This document shows positions 1 to 14,131 of a stretch of 64,000 nt of DNA, one piece after another (the first letter of the stretch is position 1; every line of letters starts with the position of its first letter). The notes under the pieces were generated by a model. That model ran no database searches and was not told the origin of the DNA. It worked only from the letters and a program-made list of their open reading frames with translations. The translations under genes and the position numbers were made by a program. Source of the DNA: the human T2T-CHM13v2.0 reference genome, Homo sapiens. The DNA lies in the NCBI RefSeq assembly GCF_009914755.1, contig NC_060929.1; one strand, written 5' to 3'.

Positions 1-2896
1 TTAGAGTCAGAATTTGTCCATGAATTTCACAAAGATGAAAAAACACCTTAATTGCTGGCTATCTGGCTGTTTATAATTAAAAGAAAATCTATACATATGT
101 ATAAACTGATAGTAATCCCATATCAGAACTACTAAACACACCTTTGTGGTCCTTTAGTTTAACAACTGGCTATCAAGCTGACTGGTCTTCCTAGACTTAT
201 CAGGTCTAGCACCCCTCCTCGCATTTGATGACTGCATTTCATTTCAACGAAACATATATTTAAGAACAAATTCTACATCTACTGTTATTTCTGGAGAGGC
301 TGAGTCAGTTGTTTCTATCTCTGTGGTTACTGAGTGCCAATGTATGCTTTTTACTCTAGGGCATTGCTTCTAAGGTCCCATCTTTTTTCCTTTGCCTTGT
401 TTCTTGTATCACTGAGAGCAGAAATGAATTCCTGGTTTTATGCTTTTGAGGCTCAAGCTGCAAAGATGCTTCTCTACACTTTGATCTGGATTGTTCTGTT
501 GACTTTCTTGGACATCTAAAATTTTGTTGTAATCATAAATGGCAATATCAAAGATTTTTATGGCTTGTACAGTGATTGCACATAAGAGCCCACTTCTACA
601 CTTGGGCTCTGAGTTGACTCTAGAAGAGCCTTTTCAGAATGGCATTTTGGAGTTGTGCCCCTGAGTTATCAATATGTTCCTTCCTGATGTTTTTTAGTCA
701 AACTTTACCCCCTGTTGACAAGGGGCAGGCACTTTACTTAGTGTGATGCCCCAAAATGATTGCCTAGGAGAAAGTGTGTCCTGGAGAAACATGAGGAATC
801 TCTACTCTGAGCCTGTGAGAAGAATCTTGGTCAGATTCTGCCCAAAGATGATACTCAGAGGTGCTCAAGATTATGTAATCAAAATATAATGGCCAAGGTT
901 TCCTACACTGGTGAAAAACAAAATACCATTCCATTTTGGGGCAAATTCAGAAAGCTGAAGGATAAAGGTTTGTTGTTGTTCTTGGACAGCTGGAATGCAA
1001 GGGCAATAGTACTCCATCATATTCCAAGCTGCTAAATCATGAAGGAAACAAGGAATCAAGAAAACATACATTATTCACAGGTGGATACTGGCTGCTATGC
1101 ACAATTAGGGATATTACTCTAAAAAGAAGAGCTTTCTTTGTTTTCAAAATAGAAATAGCAAAGTCATCCTCCAAGAAAAAGTTCAATCAAATTCAACTTT
1201 AAGGAAAATTTAGCAATTCACTATTTTCTATAAGAAAAGCAAAATATGAGCCTTATATTGATAGAAGGAAGACATATTAGCTTATTCTCCTCTTGTCCAA
1301 CATATGAATGCTTATGTCCAATTAGTGTAGAAAGAAGCACAATGGCATAACTTAAAAATAGAAAAAAAATACATCATGCCTGCCTGATTAACAGTTATAT
1401 ATTTTTCTGCAATATCAACTGAGGCTCATAACATTTATCATGTTAATGTGGCTTTGTTATTATTTTCCACTAGTTTTCATATTTTCCTTGATTAGGCAGA
1501 TTGCAACATATACAATGAAAGCACTCTTAAGAAAATCAAGCCCCAAACCAATGAATGCACAAATTAACTCTCTGTGTGTTCATACTCCTTGAAGTATTAT
1601 TTGCTTTGAAAAATACAATGGTGAATTTCATTGCATATAAGAAAATATAGTTCACTCAATCTCTCCAAAGCCTTACTTTGCCAGTCTCCTAAGAATATAA
1701 TCAGAATTTTGGAAGCAAAAAAAAAGCTGGAGAGGACCATGAATCCTTTAAAGTGATGAACAAATCCTTCTCTTGAAATACTCTATTAAATTAAGAAATA
1801 AAATTATAGGGACAAAAATTGCAGGGACAGCTGACTTCGTCTGAGAAAAACAATCTGTTTGCTAGTTTGTGCTCTGTATTTGTATATTTGAATGACTCTG
1901 AATCTAACCTGAATATCTAAGACAATTCTCATTTCTCTAATTTTTGTATTTCATGGTTATCTTCGATTAAACTATAAAAACCTCTTTAGGTATGCTGTCA
2001 AAAGCTAGTGATGTTGGAAAAACAATCTCTCTTACTCACCCTCTGCCACTAGACACAGTATGTATAGACCAGATGCTGTGTGGAGCTGATAAGGGTCATG
2101 CTTTCTTGCTTGCTTGCTTTTTGTTACAACCGTCGTTTCTGATTTTCTACTCTGCTCTGTGTTGTTAACTCTTACTTTAACCACCTAGGAAATAGCCGTT
2201 TAGCAAAAATTTTCTTGGCCACCATGCATGATATTGTCCAGAAGTCTCCTCATCTCTAAATGCCAAAATGAAAGACATCATAGTTGATTCTCCGTGCTCA
2301 AGCAAAGGGACTGGCCAAATCGGTTTCCTGAGTCTCTGTCTTGATTCCCCTAGCCTGCTCAAATCACAAGAGAATCTTTTAGAAACCAGTGGGAATAATC
2401 TTCCCATGACACCATTATCATCTCAGTAAGAAAATCATAGATCATCTTCAAGTAATGTGTTTGCATGGCATTACAGATAATGTTTCATAAGGACAATGCC
2501 ATCTCAACAGCATGCCGACCTTAAAAAGGAAGATGAGGAGTATCTGGTTATGACCAAATGACTGACAATGCTGTTGAGCCTTCTAAGAATATCTTCCAAA
2601 TTATTCCCCTCTGAGTAGGCTGCATACTAAACAGACAACATGGAGCACTCAGGCTGTCTAGCCACCATGTGTAAAAATCACTTGCGTTTTAACTGGAAAA
2701 CCACAAGGACCTTAGTGTATTCATTACTTAGCAGAAGCAACCCAAATGGTATGAAATGGACCACAGGATAGGCCAGCAACTAAGGTATTTTAGCGTCACT
2801 TTTGTCCTGGATTGATGTGTTTTCCAAGTCCTACATCAGGCTGTACAACTGGTTTGAGGAGGAATCTAGTCCTTGCTTCCAGTGGGAGGCCATGTT
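1..2896 (-). other. GABRB2: GABRB2 3'UTR (partial; probably continues beyond position 1)
   Basis: Directly follows the TAA stop of the terminal coding exon on the minus strand. No obvious interspersed repeats. I saw no canonical AATAAA on the minus strand by eye, consistent with a long UTR extending out of the window. Confidence 0.75.
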
Positions 2897-3298
<402 letters not shown>

Positions 3299-6096
3299 TT
3301 ACTAGGCAAGGCACTATGATCGGCACTTAAGGGATTTATAGGAGTGGTAAAGAGAGCTACCTTTGCGATTACATTACCAAAGTCTGAATTGAGACTCTAC
3401 CACTAAAGCTATTTGAGGTTCAGTTTCTCCATTTATTAAATGATATAATAATCCAACCCTAGAGGGTTGCTGTAATGATGTAATTATATAATAGACTGTT
3501 GCTAGTATCATTTTCATTAGTTCTACTTAGGGCACGCAGAGAAATCGAAGGCATGGTACCCTTTTGAAGAATTTATAGTCTTGATATGAACACATAAAAA
3601 TTAAGCTGTGCTAGGCATGCAACAGTGTTAGGAAATTAATTACTGAATTGTGCTCATAATAGTAGCCTAATTATAGATGAATTAATAACAAAACTAGAAC
3701 TAAAAATAGTGGGTAACTATCAAGTACTTGCCATTTATGTCAGGCATTTTTTTGGATACAATTTCATCTAATTGATGTTTCTTAAAACCCCCAGTTATGA
3801 GATGTCACCTTAAATTTGTAATGTCAATACAAATAGGGTAAAGAAATAGTGTTGAAGAATAAAATGCAGGACATATGTGACTTGCCAAAGTAACCACAGT
3901 ATTCAGAATAAGGAGGAATTCAAAAATAGGAGCATAACAGCCAGATCCACTGTTGGTGGGGAGGGCTGAGAAGAGGAAAGGGAAGAGGGTAGGATTAGAG
4001 AGGAAGCAACAAGCCTGCAGCTGACTGTGCTCAACTGAATTCTGGGCCTCAGGAGTACAATTAGTTGGCTATGCAGATAGTCAAATCACCTCTCTTGGAT
4101 AATTTCTTCTTGCAAAGCTAAAAGCAAAGGATAAATAGATATCATGATTCCCAAACATTAAATTATTACATAATGTTCTTTCTTGTGTTAAGAAGGGAAG
4201 ATTTGTATGCCTTATTTTTAAGAGGCCTCAACTGCTACAGATAATAAAACCTAGACAGAACAAGTTTTCATTAATAAGAGTATATTTATTTTGGTAGATA
4301 ATCAAGATATACCAATTACCAGTAAAATTTCTGAAATTATAAGGAAAAAAGATGGCCAGTGATAGGCTCTGATGATATATGGAAACAAGGCATATAACCA
4401 AACGCTTAATTGGAAGATACAATGCTCTGAGCTTCATGAATTATGCAGAAAGCAAAAAAGAATGTCATTAAGATTATATATTAACAATTAACTTTCAACT
4501 GTGGTTTAATGGCCATGTATTATAAATTCAAATCTAAAATCTTTTGAGAAATAGAAGCTATGAAATATGCTGGGACATAATAATTGACCAATTAATCTCT
4601 GCCTACTGATCAGACATTCTGCATGTTTACTTTATGGTATCATTTTGCTTAGAGGAAACACTAAACAAATAGATTATTAAAATGAGTTGTGAAAGTTTAT
4701 ATCATTTGGAAACAAAGCTGAATAAATGTTATAAAAGATCTGCCAAGGAAGGGCCAGGTGGTGGCTTTAATGAGGGCTTCCTTGACCTACAGAAGGAAGG
4801 AACATTTAAAGGTTCCTGTTAAGTACCAGTGCTTTGCAGCAACTGATTCATTGAATGCTCACAACATTCCTTGGAAGTGGCATTTTTTCCCAGAGGTTAT
4901 AGGTGAAGGCCTTCACCAAATTTCTCAAAGCCACATAGTTACTAAATGGTGGAGCTGGAATTCAAATTTTGACTATTATAGTAGAAATGCTGGGAGTGGG
5001 GAGTCCTTTCCAACACTTAAGGAAAGTAAACCTGATGGAAATGGGACACCTATCCTTTACTGTTATTTCAACAGCATGGTTGTTTTCTCTTCTTCTCTGG
5101 GTTGTTAACTTGCTTTAGTGACTTGGAAAATAACTTAATTTGCAAAATTTCCTTGGCCACCATGCATGATGTTGTTCAGAAATTTCCCTTCTTTAACCAC
5201 CAGGATATTTGCTTCTCTACTGAGCAATTATAATAAGAAGAGTTATGAGTTGACACCAGACCTGGCTGAGTTCAAACTATAACATAGCAATAATGATCAT
5301 AATAAAAATTATTGGCAGCTATGGATTCCTATTAAGGGAAATTTGCCTAAAGCTTAAAACAAATTATTTTTGAGTAATTTATTTAATCTTAGTGGGTTTC
5401 TGTTTCATTATCCAAATTCAAGAGTTGAATTAGGTAATTCATAAAGTTCTATTAGTTACATAATTTTTTATTCATGAATTAAAAAAAAAATGATTGAACA
5501 TCCAATGTGTGTTTGGCCCTATGCCAAGCATCACAGGTACAGCGGTGAGAAAGACGGAATTGCTGCTGCATCCTAGTGGGAATAACAATCTCCAAAATAA
5601 TACTGGGGTTGGAGTCAGAGTCAAAAGATTGTACTTATGGCTCTTCCGTTTGTTATTTTTGACCTGGAAAAATTACCTAATCCTTTCAATCTAGTTTCTT
5701 CTGTGGACTAAGAATAGGATTCGGGAAGACTAACTGAAATAAAATATGTGAAGAAAAACTTGGAAAAACTAAAGCACCAGGCAAAGTTGATTATTATGAC
5801 ATGCCATAGATGAAGTTTATTTACTTACTGGTTCCACTGACATGGCAAAAAACAACAAATAATTATACCTAAAAGAAAATTAAGTATGTTGCCCTTGTGG
5901 TGTAGATGTATGAGTGATGAAATTTCTATAGGTAAAAATCATCTCAGCCTTACTAGAGATCTTGACAGGCTGAAGTGGGAGGGTGGTAGGGTGGGGAAGG
6001 TGAGGTGTATTGAACACCTGTATCAATTTATGAAGTGCAGCTACTCCTTAGTGTCTTTCATATCAACAGAATACTTCAACTTAAAATAGACTGCTT

Positions 6097-7175
6097 ATTT
6101 TAATTTTTATTATTTTACATTAAGTTCTGGGACACATGTGCAGAACATGCAGGTTTGTTACATAGGTATAAACGTGCCATGGTGGTTTGCTGCACCCATC
6201 AACCAGTCATCTACATTAGGTATTTCTCCTAATGCTATCCCTCCCCTAGTCCCCCACCCCCTGACAGGCCTTGGTGTGTGATGTTCCCTTCCCTGTGTCT
6301 ATGTGTTCTCATTGTTCAACTCCCACTTATGAGTGAGAACATGTAGTGTTTGGTTTTCTGTTCCTATCTTAATTTGCTGAGAATGATGGTTTCCAGCTTC
6401 ATCCATGTCCTTGCAAGGGATATGGACTCGTCCTTTTTTATGGCTGTATAGTATTCCATGGTATATACGTGTCACATTTTCTTTATCAAGTCTATCATTG
6501 ATTGGCATTTGGGTTGGTTCCAATTCTTTGCTATTGTGAATAGTGTTGCAATAAACATATGTGTGCATGTGTCTTTATAGTAGAATGATTTATATTCTTT
6601 TGAGTATATACTCGGTAATGGGATTGCTGGGTCAAGCGGTATTTCTGGTTCTAGGTCTTTTAGGAATCGCCACACTGTCTTCCACAATGGTTGAACTAAT
6701 TTACACTCCCACTAACAGTGTAAAAGTGTTCCTATTTCTCCACATCCTCTCCAGCATCTGTTGTTTCCTGACTTTTTAATGATTGCCATTCTAACTGGCC
6801 TGAGATGGTATCTCATTGTGGTTTTGATTTGCATTTCTCTAATGACCAGTGATGATGAGCTTTTTTTCACGTTTGTTGGCCACATAAATGTCTTCTTTTG
6901 GGAAGCGTCTGTTCATATCCTTCATCCACATTTTGATGGGGTTGTTTTTCTCTTGTTAATTTGTTTAAGTTCCTTATAGATTCTGGATATTAGCCCATTG
7001 TCAGATGAATAGATTCCAAACACTTTCTCCCATTCTGTAGGTTGCCTGTTCACTCTGATGATCATTTCTTTTGCTGTGCAGAAGCTCTTTAGTTTAATTA
7101 GATCCCATTTGTCAATTTTGGCTTTTGTTGCCATTACTTTTGGCATTTTAATCATGAAATCTTTGCCCGTGCCTA
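6097..7175 (-). mobile_element. 5'-truncated primate L1 (L1PA7/8-like) 3' end
   Basis: T-rich tail at ~6097-6120, typical L1PA 3'UTR, and ORF2 C-terminal fragments in the ORF track ([20 protein letters not shown]; MWKTVWRFLKDLEPEIPLDPAIP). Flanks look like an interrupted L2. Confidence 0.92.
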
Positions 7176-8414
7176 TATTATTTACTTTATTTCTGTCTTC
7201 CCCACCATACTATACTTCTTGATGAAGAGAGACACAAAATCTGTCTCACTCATTATTCCATTCCCAAACTTCTGGCATGGCACCTGGCACATAGCAGATG
7301 CTCAATAAGTAAATATTTATTAATGGAATTAATTTTGTGAACTCTTAGTAACTCACTTCACCTCTTTGTGAGTCATCAATAAGATGGGTTTAACTTTGCA
7401 ACACCAGCCTAAAGACTGGAACTTCTGGGACCACCTCTTGAGTTTCTTCCCTGCTCTAAGGCTTCTGCCTTTATTTATACAGGTCTCTTGCTAGAGCAGC
7501 ATGCTCAAGTACCTGAGATCTGTAAACTGTTATTTTCCATAGTGCTACTTCCATATCAGATGCCCCTTTTTAACCCTAGAGAAAGGAACTTTGTGAGTAC
7601 AATTAGAAGCCATAACTAACCATTTTACATATTGACCTCTTTCAGTTATCCCAGTATCCCTGTGGGGCAGGCACTGATCTCATGTGTGGAAAATAAGACA
7701 CAGAGAGGTTAAGACACTTAATACAAGTTTATGTACTGAATAGGTGGCAGAGCAAGAAGGAGAACTGGCTATTTTTATGCTTTTTCATACTGAGGCATGG
7801 CAGCCACCCAGATAATCCCTGCAGCATTCCATGGCTCATAAAATAAGGCACTCTCAGTGCATGGTAGGGGCAGTCAACTGGAGGGGCAGGGTAGGCTTGC
7901 AAAATTTTCCTTAATGAAGGATGGATAAGAATGTCTACAGTTAAATATGTCACTAAATTTCAGAGTCCTGCTAACTGCAGCACTTGCAAGTAAAGAGAAT
8001 AGACATCTGTGCTTTGCCTGTTCATCAAGCACCACGCACTCCCATTTCTGTATGGGAAACCACCACTTCCCCATTCTCAGTTACTATGTCTCTGCTGTGG
8101 GTGTAGGCCAATCAGAGCCATTCTGACACCATAATTGACTCAGCGTTGGGCTCATGCCTTTTCTGAGCCAATGGCATGCCGTGAGTCTTCAGATGGGAAT
8201 AGCAGAGTAGACTCTCAAATTTTCTCCCTGGATCTGCACCTAGAAGTGAGTGGCCCCAAATCAACAGAATCTGCTGAGATGGTTCAACTGTAAGAGGAGA
8301 TGCTAATTTGGAAAGAAGCCAACACTAAAATGAAGAGTCTGTGATCTAATGGTGCCTTGTGTCTATATCTGGACATATCTGACTTGCTGATGCTAAGCAA
8401 GACAGTATATTATC

Positions 8415-8524
8415 TTCCTTCCTTCCCCTGTCCCTTCCTCTTTCTTTCTCTCCCTCTTTCCCTCTTCCTCCTCTTCCTCCTTCTTATTCCTCTTTCTCAC
8501 CTGCTCCCTTCTCTCTTTCTTTCT
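8415..8524. repeat. Polypyrimidine/polypurine low-complexity tract
   Basis: ~110 nt almost entirely C/T on the + strand. Confidence 0.85.
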
Positions 8525-9433
8525 TAAGCCAGTATTACTTTGTTTTTCTGTTATTTGCATTCCAAAGAATCCTAACAGATTCATCTCATTTAAAGATCTC
8601 ATTTAATTCATCTCATTTAAAGATCTCAACAACTCTATAAGACAGTATAGGTAGGGCAGGATGGAAATTAGAGGCATTTAATTTATAACAAAAATTTGCA
8701 AAACTCAAATTTTCTTATAACTAGGAAAATCTATTACAATAATACCATCTTCAGTATGCAGAACAGTGTTGGGTTTCAATATTTTAGGCTAGGACCTAAA
8801 GAACATAGGTGCTGCTAAATTTTAGTGGCTGACTGCTAAACTGGCATCATTTCCCTTTCTTTTCCTTGTCTTGTTTATTGTTCTTCTTTTCACTTCACAA
8901 GGTGTGAGATGTGTTGGGAGCAAAATTACAAGGTCAAGAGCAAAAGTATAGGAGATTGACAGGACCTTTTACATGTGTTTTAAAGGGTAAAAGTGGAGAA
9001 AGCCTGCACGTAAACTACCCGTAAGTTTATTGAATTTTAATCTCTTTTACTGTTTATATAAAAGAAAAAATGACTTTACAAATCTAGATGTTAAATTCAA
9101 TAGCAATTATCATTCCTTTTTCTCCTTTGAAATATCTGTTTTCATAAGGTACTTTCTATTTTTAATTTTTACTTTTTTGGAGGCCTACTACACCACAGCA
9201 GAACAGCAGCAGAACAGGATACATTCCCATTTGACAGGGCAGGAAACTGAAGTTCAGAAAAATGAACTGAATTACCCAAAATCTTATGACAAATAAGTCA
9301 TAGAACATTTTAACAATTCTGGGTTGTTGATGTTTATCTTAATCCAGTAATATTCCATGTTGCCTCTAGCCTGTCTTAAAATCAACCAGGGAAACCTGAC
9401 TCAGGTAGTGGTTTGGTGAGGGATAGTCTATTT

Positions 9434-9616
9434 CAGTGCTTCCCACACTTGAATGCATATCAGACTACTCTGGAGGCCTTGTTAAAACAGGTCTGGTCTC
9501 CACTCCCAGGACTCCTAAGTGAGTAAATCTGGAATGAATCTCAGTAATCTGCATTTCTAACAAGTTCCCAGGTGATGCTGGGATGCTGGCTTGGTGTCCA
9601 CACTTGGAAAACTGCT
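9434..9616. mobile_element. MER5A-like hAT-Charlie MITE
   Basis: Contains tctgcatttctaacaagttcccaggtgatgctg...cacacttggaaaactgct, the MER5 core. Confidence 0.7.
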
Positions 9617-9749
9617 AGTCTATTGGACAGAACGACTTCAAATAAAGGAGTAGCAGAGGCCAGAGAAGTAATACACAAGCTGGAGACTGACCACAGTCCA
9701 CACCACCAAGCTGAAAAACAGCTTTCATAGACAGAGAACAACATATGCA

Positions 9750-9990
9750 GCTTCCATTTATTGAGTATTTACTGGAGGCAGGCATTGCATTAAAGGTTTT
9801 ACACAACTATCCTATTTAATGTTGATCTTGAAAGCCCTATAAACAGGATTATTAATATTCCAATTCTAAAAATGAGGAAATTGAGAATTAGGGATAGTTA
9901 GCAATTGGCCCGGAGTTACACAGTAAGCAATGGAGCTGGCATTTAACCTGTTTGTTCCAAGGTTTCTGTTCCCAATTACCAAACTATACA
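9750..9990 (-). mobile_element. MIR SINE remnant
   Basis: atttattgagtatttact...aaatgaggaaattgag...gttacacagtaagcaatggagctggcattt core. Confidence 0.6.
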
Positions 9991-10567
9991 ACTGCATTCT
10001 CAAAACTCTCCTCAATTACGAGTTCTGTCTTGGTGTGCCTTCTCTGTACCAGGCTATATTTAGGGGACTCAATTTTAGCAAATGGAAGACATAATAATGG
10101 TCACATGAATTTAGCTAATCCTTAAAATCGAGTTTCCACACCAGCCCTTTTAGACTTGCCCAAATGGATTTCCTGATTATCTTTCTCTTCACTTGAGCAG
10201 TGCAGACACAAGAGAAACCACTAAACTTTCTTTCTTTCTTTTTTTTTTTCGATTAGGACATTAAAGAAAGACAATTTCCCTTTAACCAATCAGAAGGACC
10301 ATGTGGCAATCTCTATTGCCCTGGAAAACATAGAAAAATATTTATCAAATTTTTCTGTCTTGGCATTTTTGCCTATTCAAGGGGCCATGGGAATTTTGTT
10401 GTTAGTAGTTGAAACAAGAGGGAGGAAGAAGCAAAAGTAAATGAAACGAGAGGGAGGGAAGAGGTAGACTGGTGAATAAACTGCTATTCTCTGCAGATAA
10501 ATTGCCTTTACAAGGACCTATGCTGCAGGCCTTGCTTCAGTACAAGGCTCCTTACCATCTGCTTTCT

Positions 10568-10757
10568 AGTCCAGCTTTAACTCCCAAGTCCATTCCTGAC
10601 AAGGTTTTTTGGAGAGGCTCTATTAAGCATGCCAATGCCAACAAAGAAGTCTCCTGCTTCCCAGTCCAGCTTTAAATCCCAAGTCCATTCCTGACAAGGT
10701 TTTTTGGAGAGGCTCTATCAAGCATGCCGATGCCAACAAAGAAGTCTCCTGCTTCCA
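10568..10757. repeat. 95-bp tandem duplication (2 copies)
   Basis: agtccagctttaa...gaagtctcctgcttcc starts at 10568 and again at 10663, with 3 internal mismatches. Confidence 0.95.
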
Positions 10758-13700
10758 ATTCAACTATCTATTCTGGAAATCATGCTTTATCTGGAATTAT
10801 TGTGCTTATCAATCAAGAAACAAGTGCTGAAATTTTAAGATGGACTGATTTATTTGCACTAACATTCCAGAGCCTTCTCCAGATGATCCTCTGTGAATGA
10901 GGGCAGTTTGTATAGCAACTGAATCAGCTGTTCTGTTGGTTGAAAAATGGACTTCACTGCGGACTTGAATTATTTTCCAGACTGACCCATGTGATGATGG
11001 TTCTAACAACCATCATGTTAAATGTTTTGGATTAAGAAGTTTCCTTTCCCCTCTTTCTGTGTCTATCCTAACATTTTTCATGACAAGAAAAGAAACAGGC
11101 TTGGTTAACAGAGTTCCATTTTATTTAAAATATATTGTATTAAACCCTGAAGAGGGGACCTTATTTTTATATAATAATCAGTTAATTCCAAGTTTGGTTT
11201 AGGCTTGCTGCTTCCCTTCCTGCAACTTTCTTCATGGTAGGAATATACTCTGGAGAGATGTCCTTGTGATAGTCTATAGTCATATACAGAAAAACAACTC
11301 AAATCCCTCAATAACCTAACAACATCACAGGCTTACCTTGCAAAGGGGAAATGGGACTATCTGAAATCCAAGTTCACCAGTCATATCATCAAGAGAAGAG
11401 TGAGAAATTGTAAAAATCCAAGAAATCCTAACTGTGAAATTTCCAGTTACTGTGACTTGTGTGTGGGTAGAGGAGATGGTGTTTTATCTTCCATGAAATG
11501 GCACTGTGACCCAAGTGACTTGAAATGCTTAAGCAATGGACTGTTAATCCCCTGGGAATATCCAAAGCGCTCTTTCCAAAAATAGCACTCTGAGACTACC
11601 TACCATGCACTTAGTGTTTTAAGAGGTCAAAGAAAGTTCACTCAATCAGAATATGAAATGCAAATTCTATGAGAGCAAGGGAGGGCCAACATCTTTGACT
11701 CTTCAAATCTCTGTGCTGAAGAAAATGGAGCAATACCAACAAAAATTGGGAGTTTGGAACTGGAAAGTAAACAGGAAATACTGCTAAAATACCCAGGTAG
11801 TTTTATGAAAGTAATTTTTAATAAAAAATGGTAGGAATAAAAGAGTGAGAATTCTTTTTACTCTGCCTTTTTAACTTCTATTATGCAATGATAAAGTTAA
11901 ATCTTACAGCCAGACTATGAGAATGGAGTTAGTACTACCAGCATTTTATAACAGCCCTTCCCATCAAAACACAGAAATTCATGGCTTGTTCGAAGCTAGG
12001 TAAGTTGTAAAACAATAATTTAAACTTATGTTTATGGATTCAAACCTATGCTTTTTCTACTAATTGTTTTCAATATATAACGAAAAGATACTTATGAAGT
12101 GGACGCTGTTGGCTCTAAGATATGATGCTATCTAGTTGTTGTTGTTTTGATTCTTAAATTTTAAATTGTAATGAGTAAGCCACCTGAATGCCTATCTTCA
12201 CGTTTCCTTAGTAAACAAAACCTTTGTTAAAGAATCAAATTAATGAATTCATTCTTTATGGATCGGGGACCTATGTCATCTTCTACTTCTGACACAAAAT
12301 AATTAATCTGATCAAGTGGGTAAATCAAGTGAACATGTATAGCTTTACACTGCTGTTTCAAGTGATGATGGTTTTGCAGGAAGTAAGAGGCAGATATGTG
12401 GAGTACAAAGAGAAGAGTAAGATTTTACTCTTCAAAAGATCCCAGAAGATACAGTTAATTAATTAATCTGTATTAATTGCAAGGTGGTGAGAAGACCTTC
12501 GAAAGCATGAGCTGCCAAGAGAACTGACACCCCTTTGCCTTATGGTCCTTCTCAAAGGGGTTCCTGCCCCTCTCAAAGCCCACAAACAGAATGAAAATAA
12601 CACTAACCTCAGAGATGAGCGCAGGTTCTAATCCCATGTTACTGTCTCTGGCCCTCAGTGTTCTTTATTTAGATGGCCTTGTGGAATCTTCTGCTAACTC
12701 CCTCCCCCAGTTTCAATCCTCTAACTATAAGTTCAACAAATTCGTGTTTCCTTTATGATGGGAAACATGTGGGCAGGGACTGTGTCTTGTTGCTTAAGTA
12801 TCCCTAAAGCTGACCATTACCGTTGGTACAAAGTAAGTATTCCAAACAATACTTACTAAATTGAATTACTGAGAGGGCTAGAGTAAGTCTGGGATCACAC
12901 TTTCAAATAAGGCTAGGGAGGTCATATAAGAACGTGAAGCAGGTGTAGTGGAGATTAGGGAAAAGTTCATCCCGCAATGAACTAGACTAAAACACAAAAG
13001 CCCTTCTGAAGGACATTTAAATTCCAAACTTTAAATATTATAGTGGCCCAAATCACATCTTGGTCTAAGGGTTTAGCCCACAGGCTGCTGCATCAAATTC
13101 CTTTTCAATTTAATTTATTAAAAATTTGCCTTCCACTTCCATTTAATATAGAATTACCTACTGCCTTTAAAACATGTATGGCATAACAGAGGGATGAAGG
13201 TTAAGAAAAATTTGCCTGGCAAAAATCCCATAGTCTTGTAGCTTCCTTGCTGTGATCTTGACCCAGTGCTAGTATTTCTTTTCCACACTGTGTAGGCCTT
13301 GCTGTGGCAACTTCTCTAGTAACCCTTTGGATTAGAAATTCTTGAGGAGCCTGCTTAATTTTTTGTGGCTTGGTATCTTCCATTTCTTTTACTCTCACAG
13401 CATCAAATTCATTTCTTTTGGAAAATGGTTCCTTTCTATATATCTGTTAATTTATGTGGAATTCATTAAGAATGGTAAATAAACTATAGATCACTGATTT
13501 GTTTTTTTTTTTAAAGAATAATATTCAGGTTGAGATAGGAAGATGAATGTTAAATTTTGGGGAGAGAACAGTACATTCGAATTGTTACATTTAATATTAT
13601 TAAAGCACATTTAATAAAATGCATGATGAATTGAATAATTTCTTTTAGAAGGCTAGAATTATTTCTGGGTGCCTCTTATTATAAAGTACAGGCTACTAGT

Positions 13701-13811
13701 TTCAATTAAGGTTGAAAGTAGGGATTCATTTTCGTTGTATGGGGAAAAAGATTGGGATCAGATTGAAAACACCTGAAGAAGGAAAAGGGGAAGAAAACTA
13801 TATTTATGATA

Positions 13812-14131
<320 letters not shown>

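Noticed and set aside
8393-8602. Glu/Lys/Arg-rich 69-aa ORF
   Set aside because: Translation of a purine low-complexity tract.
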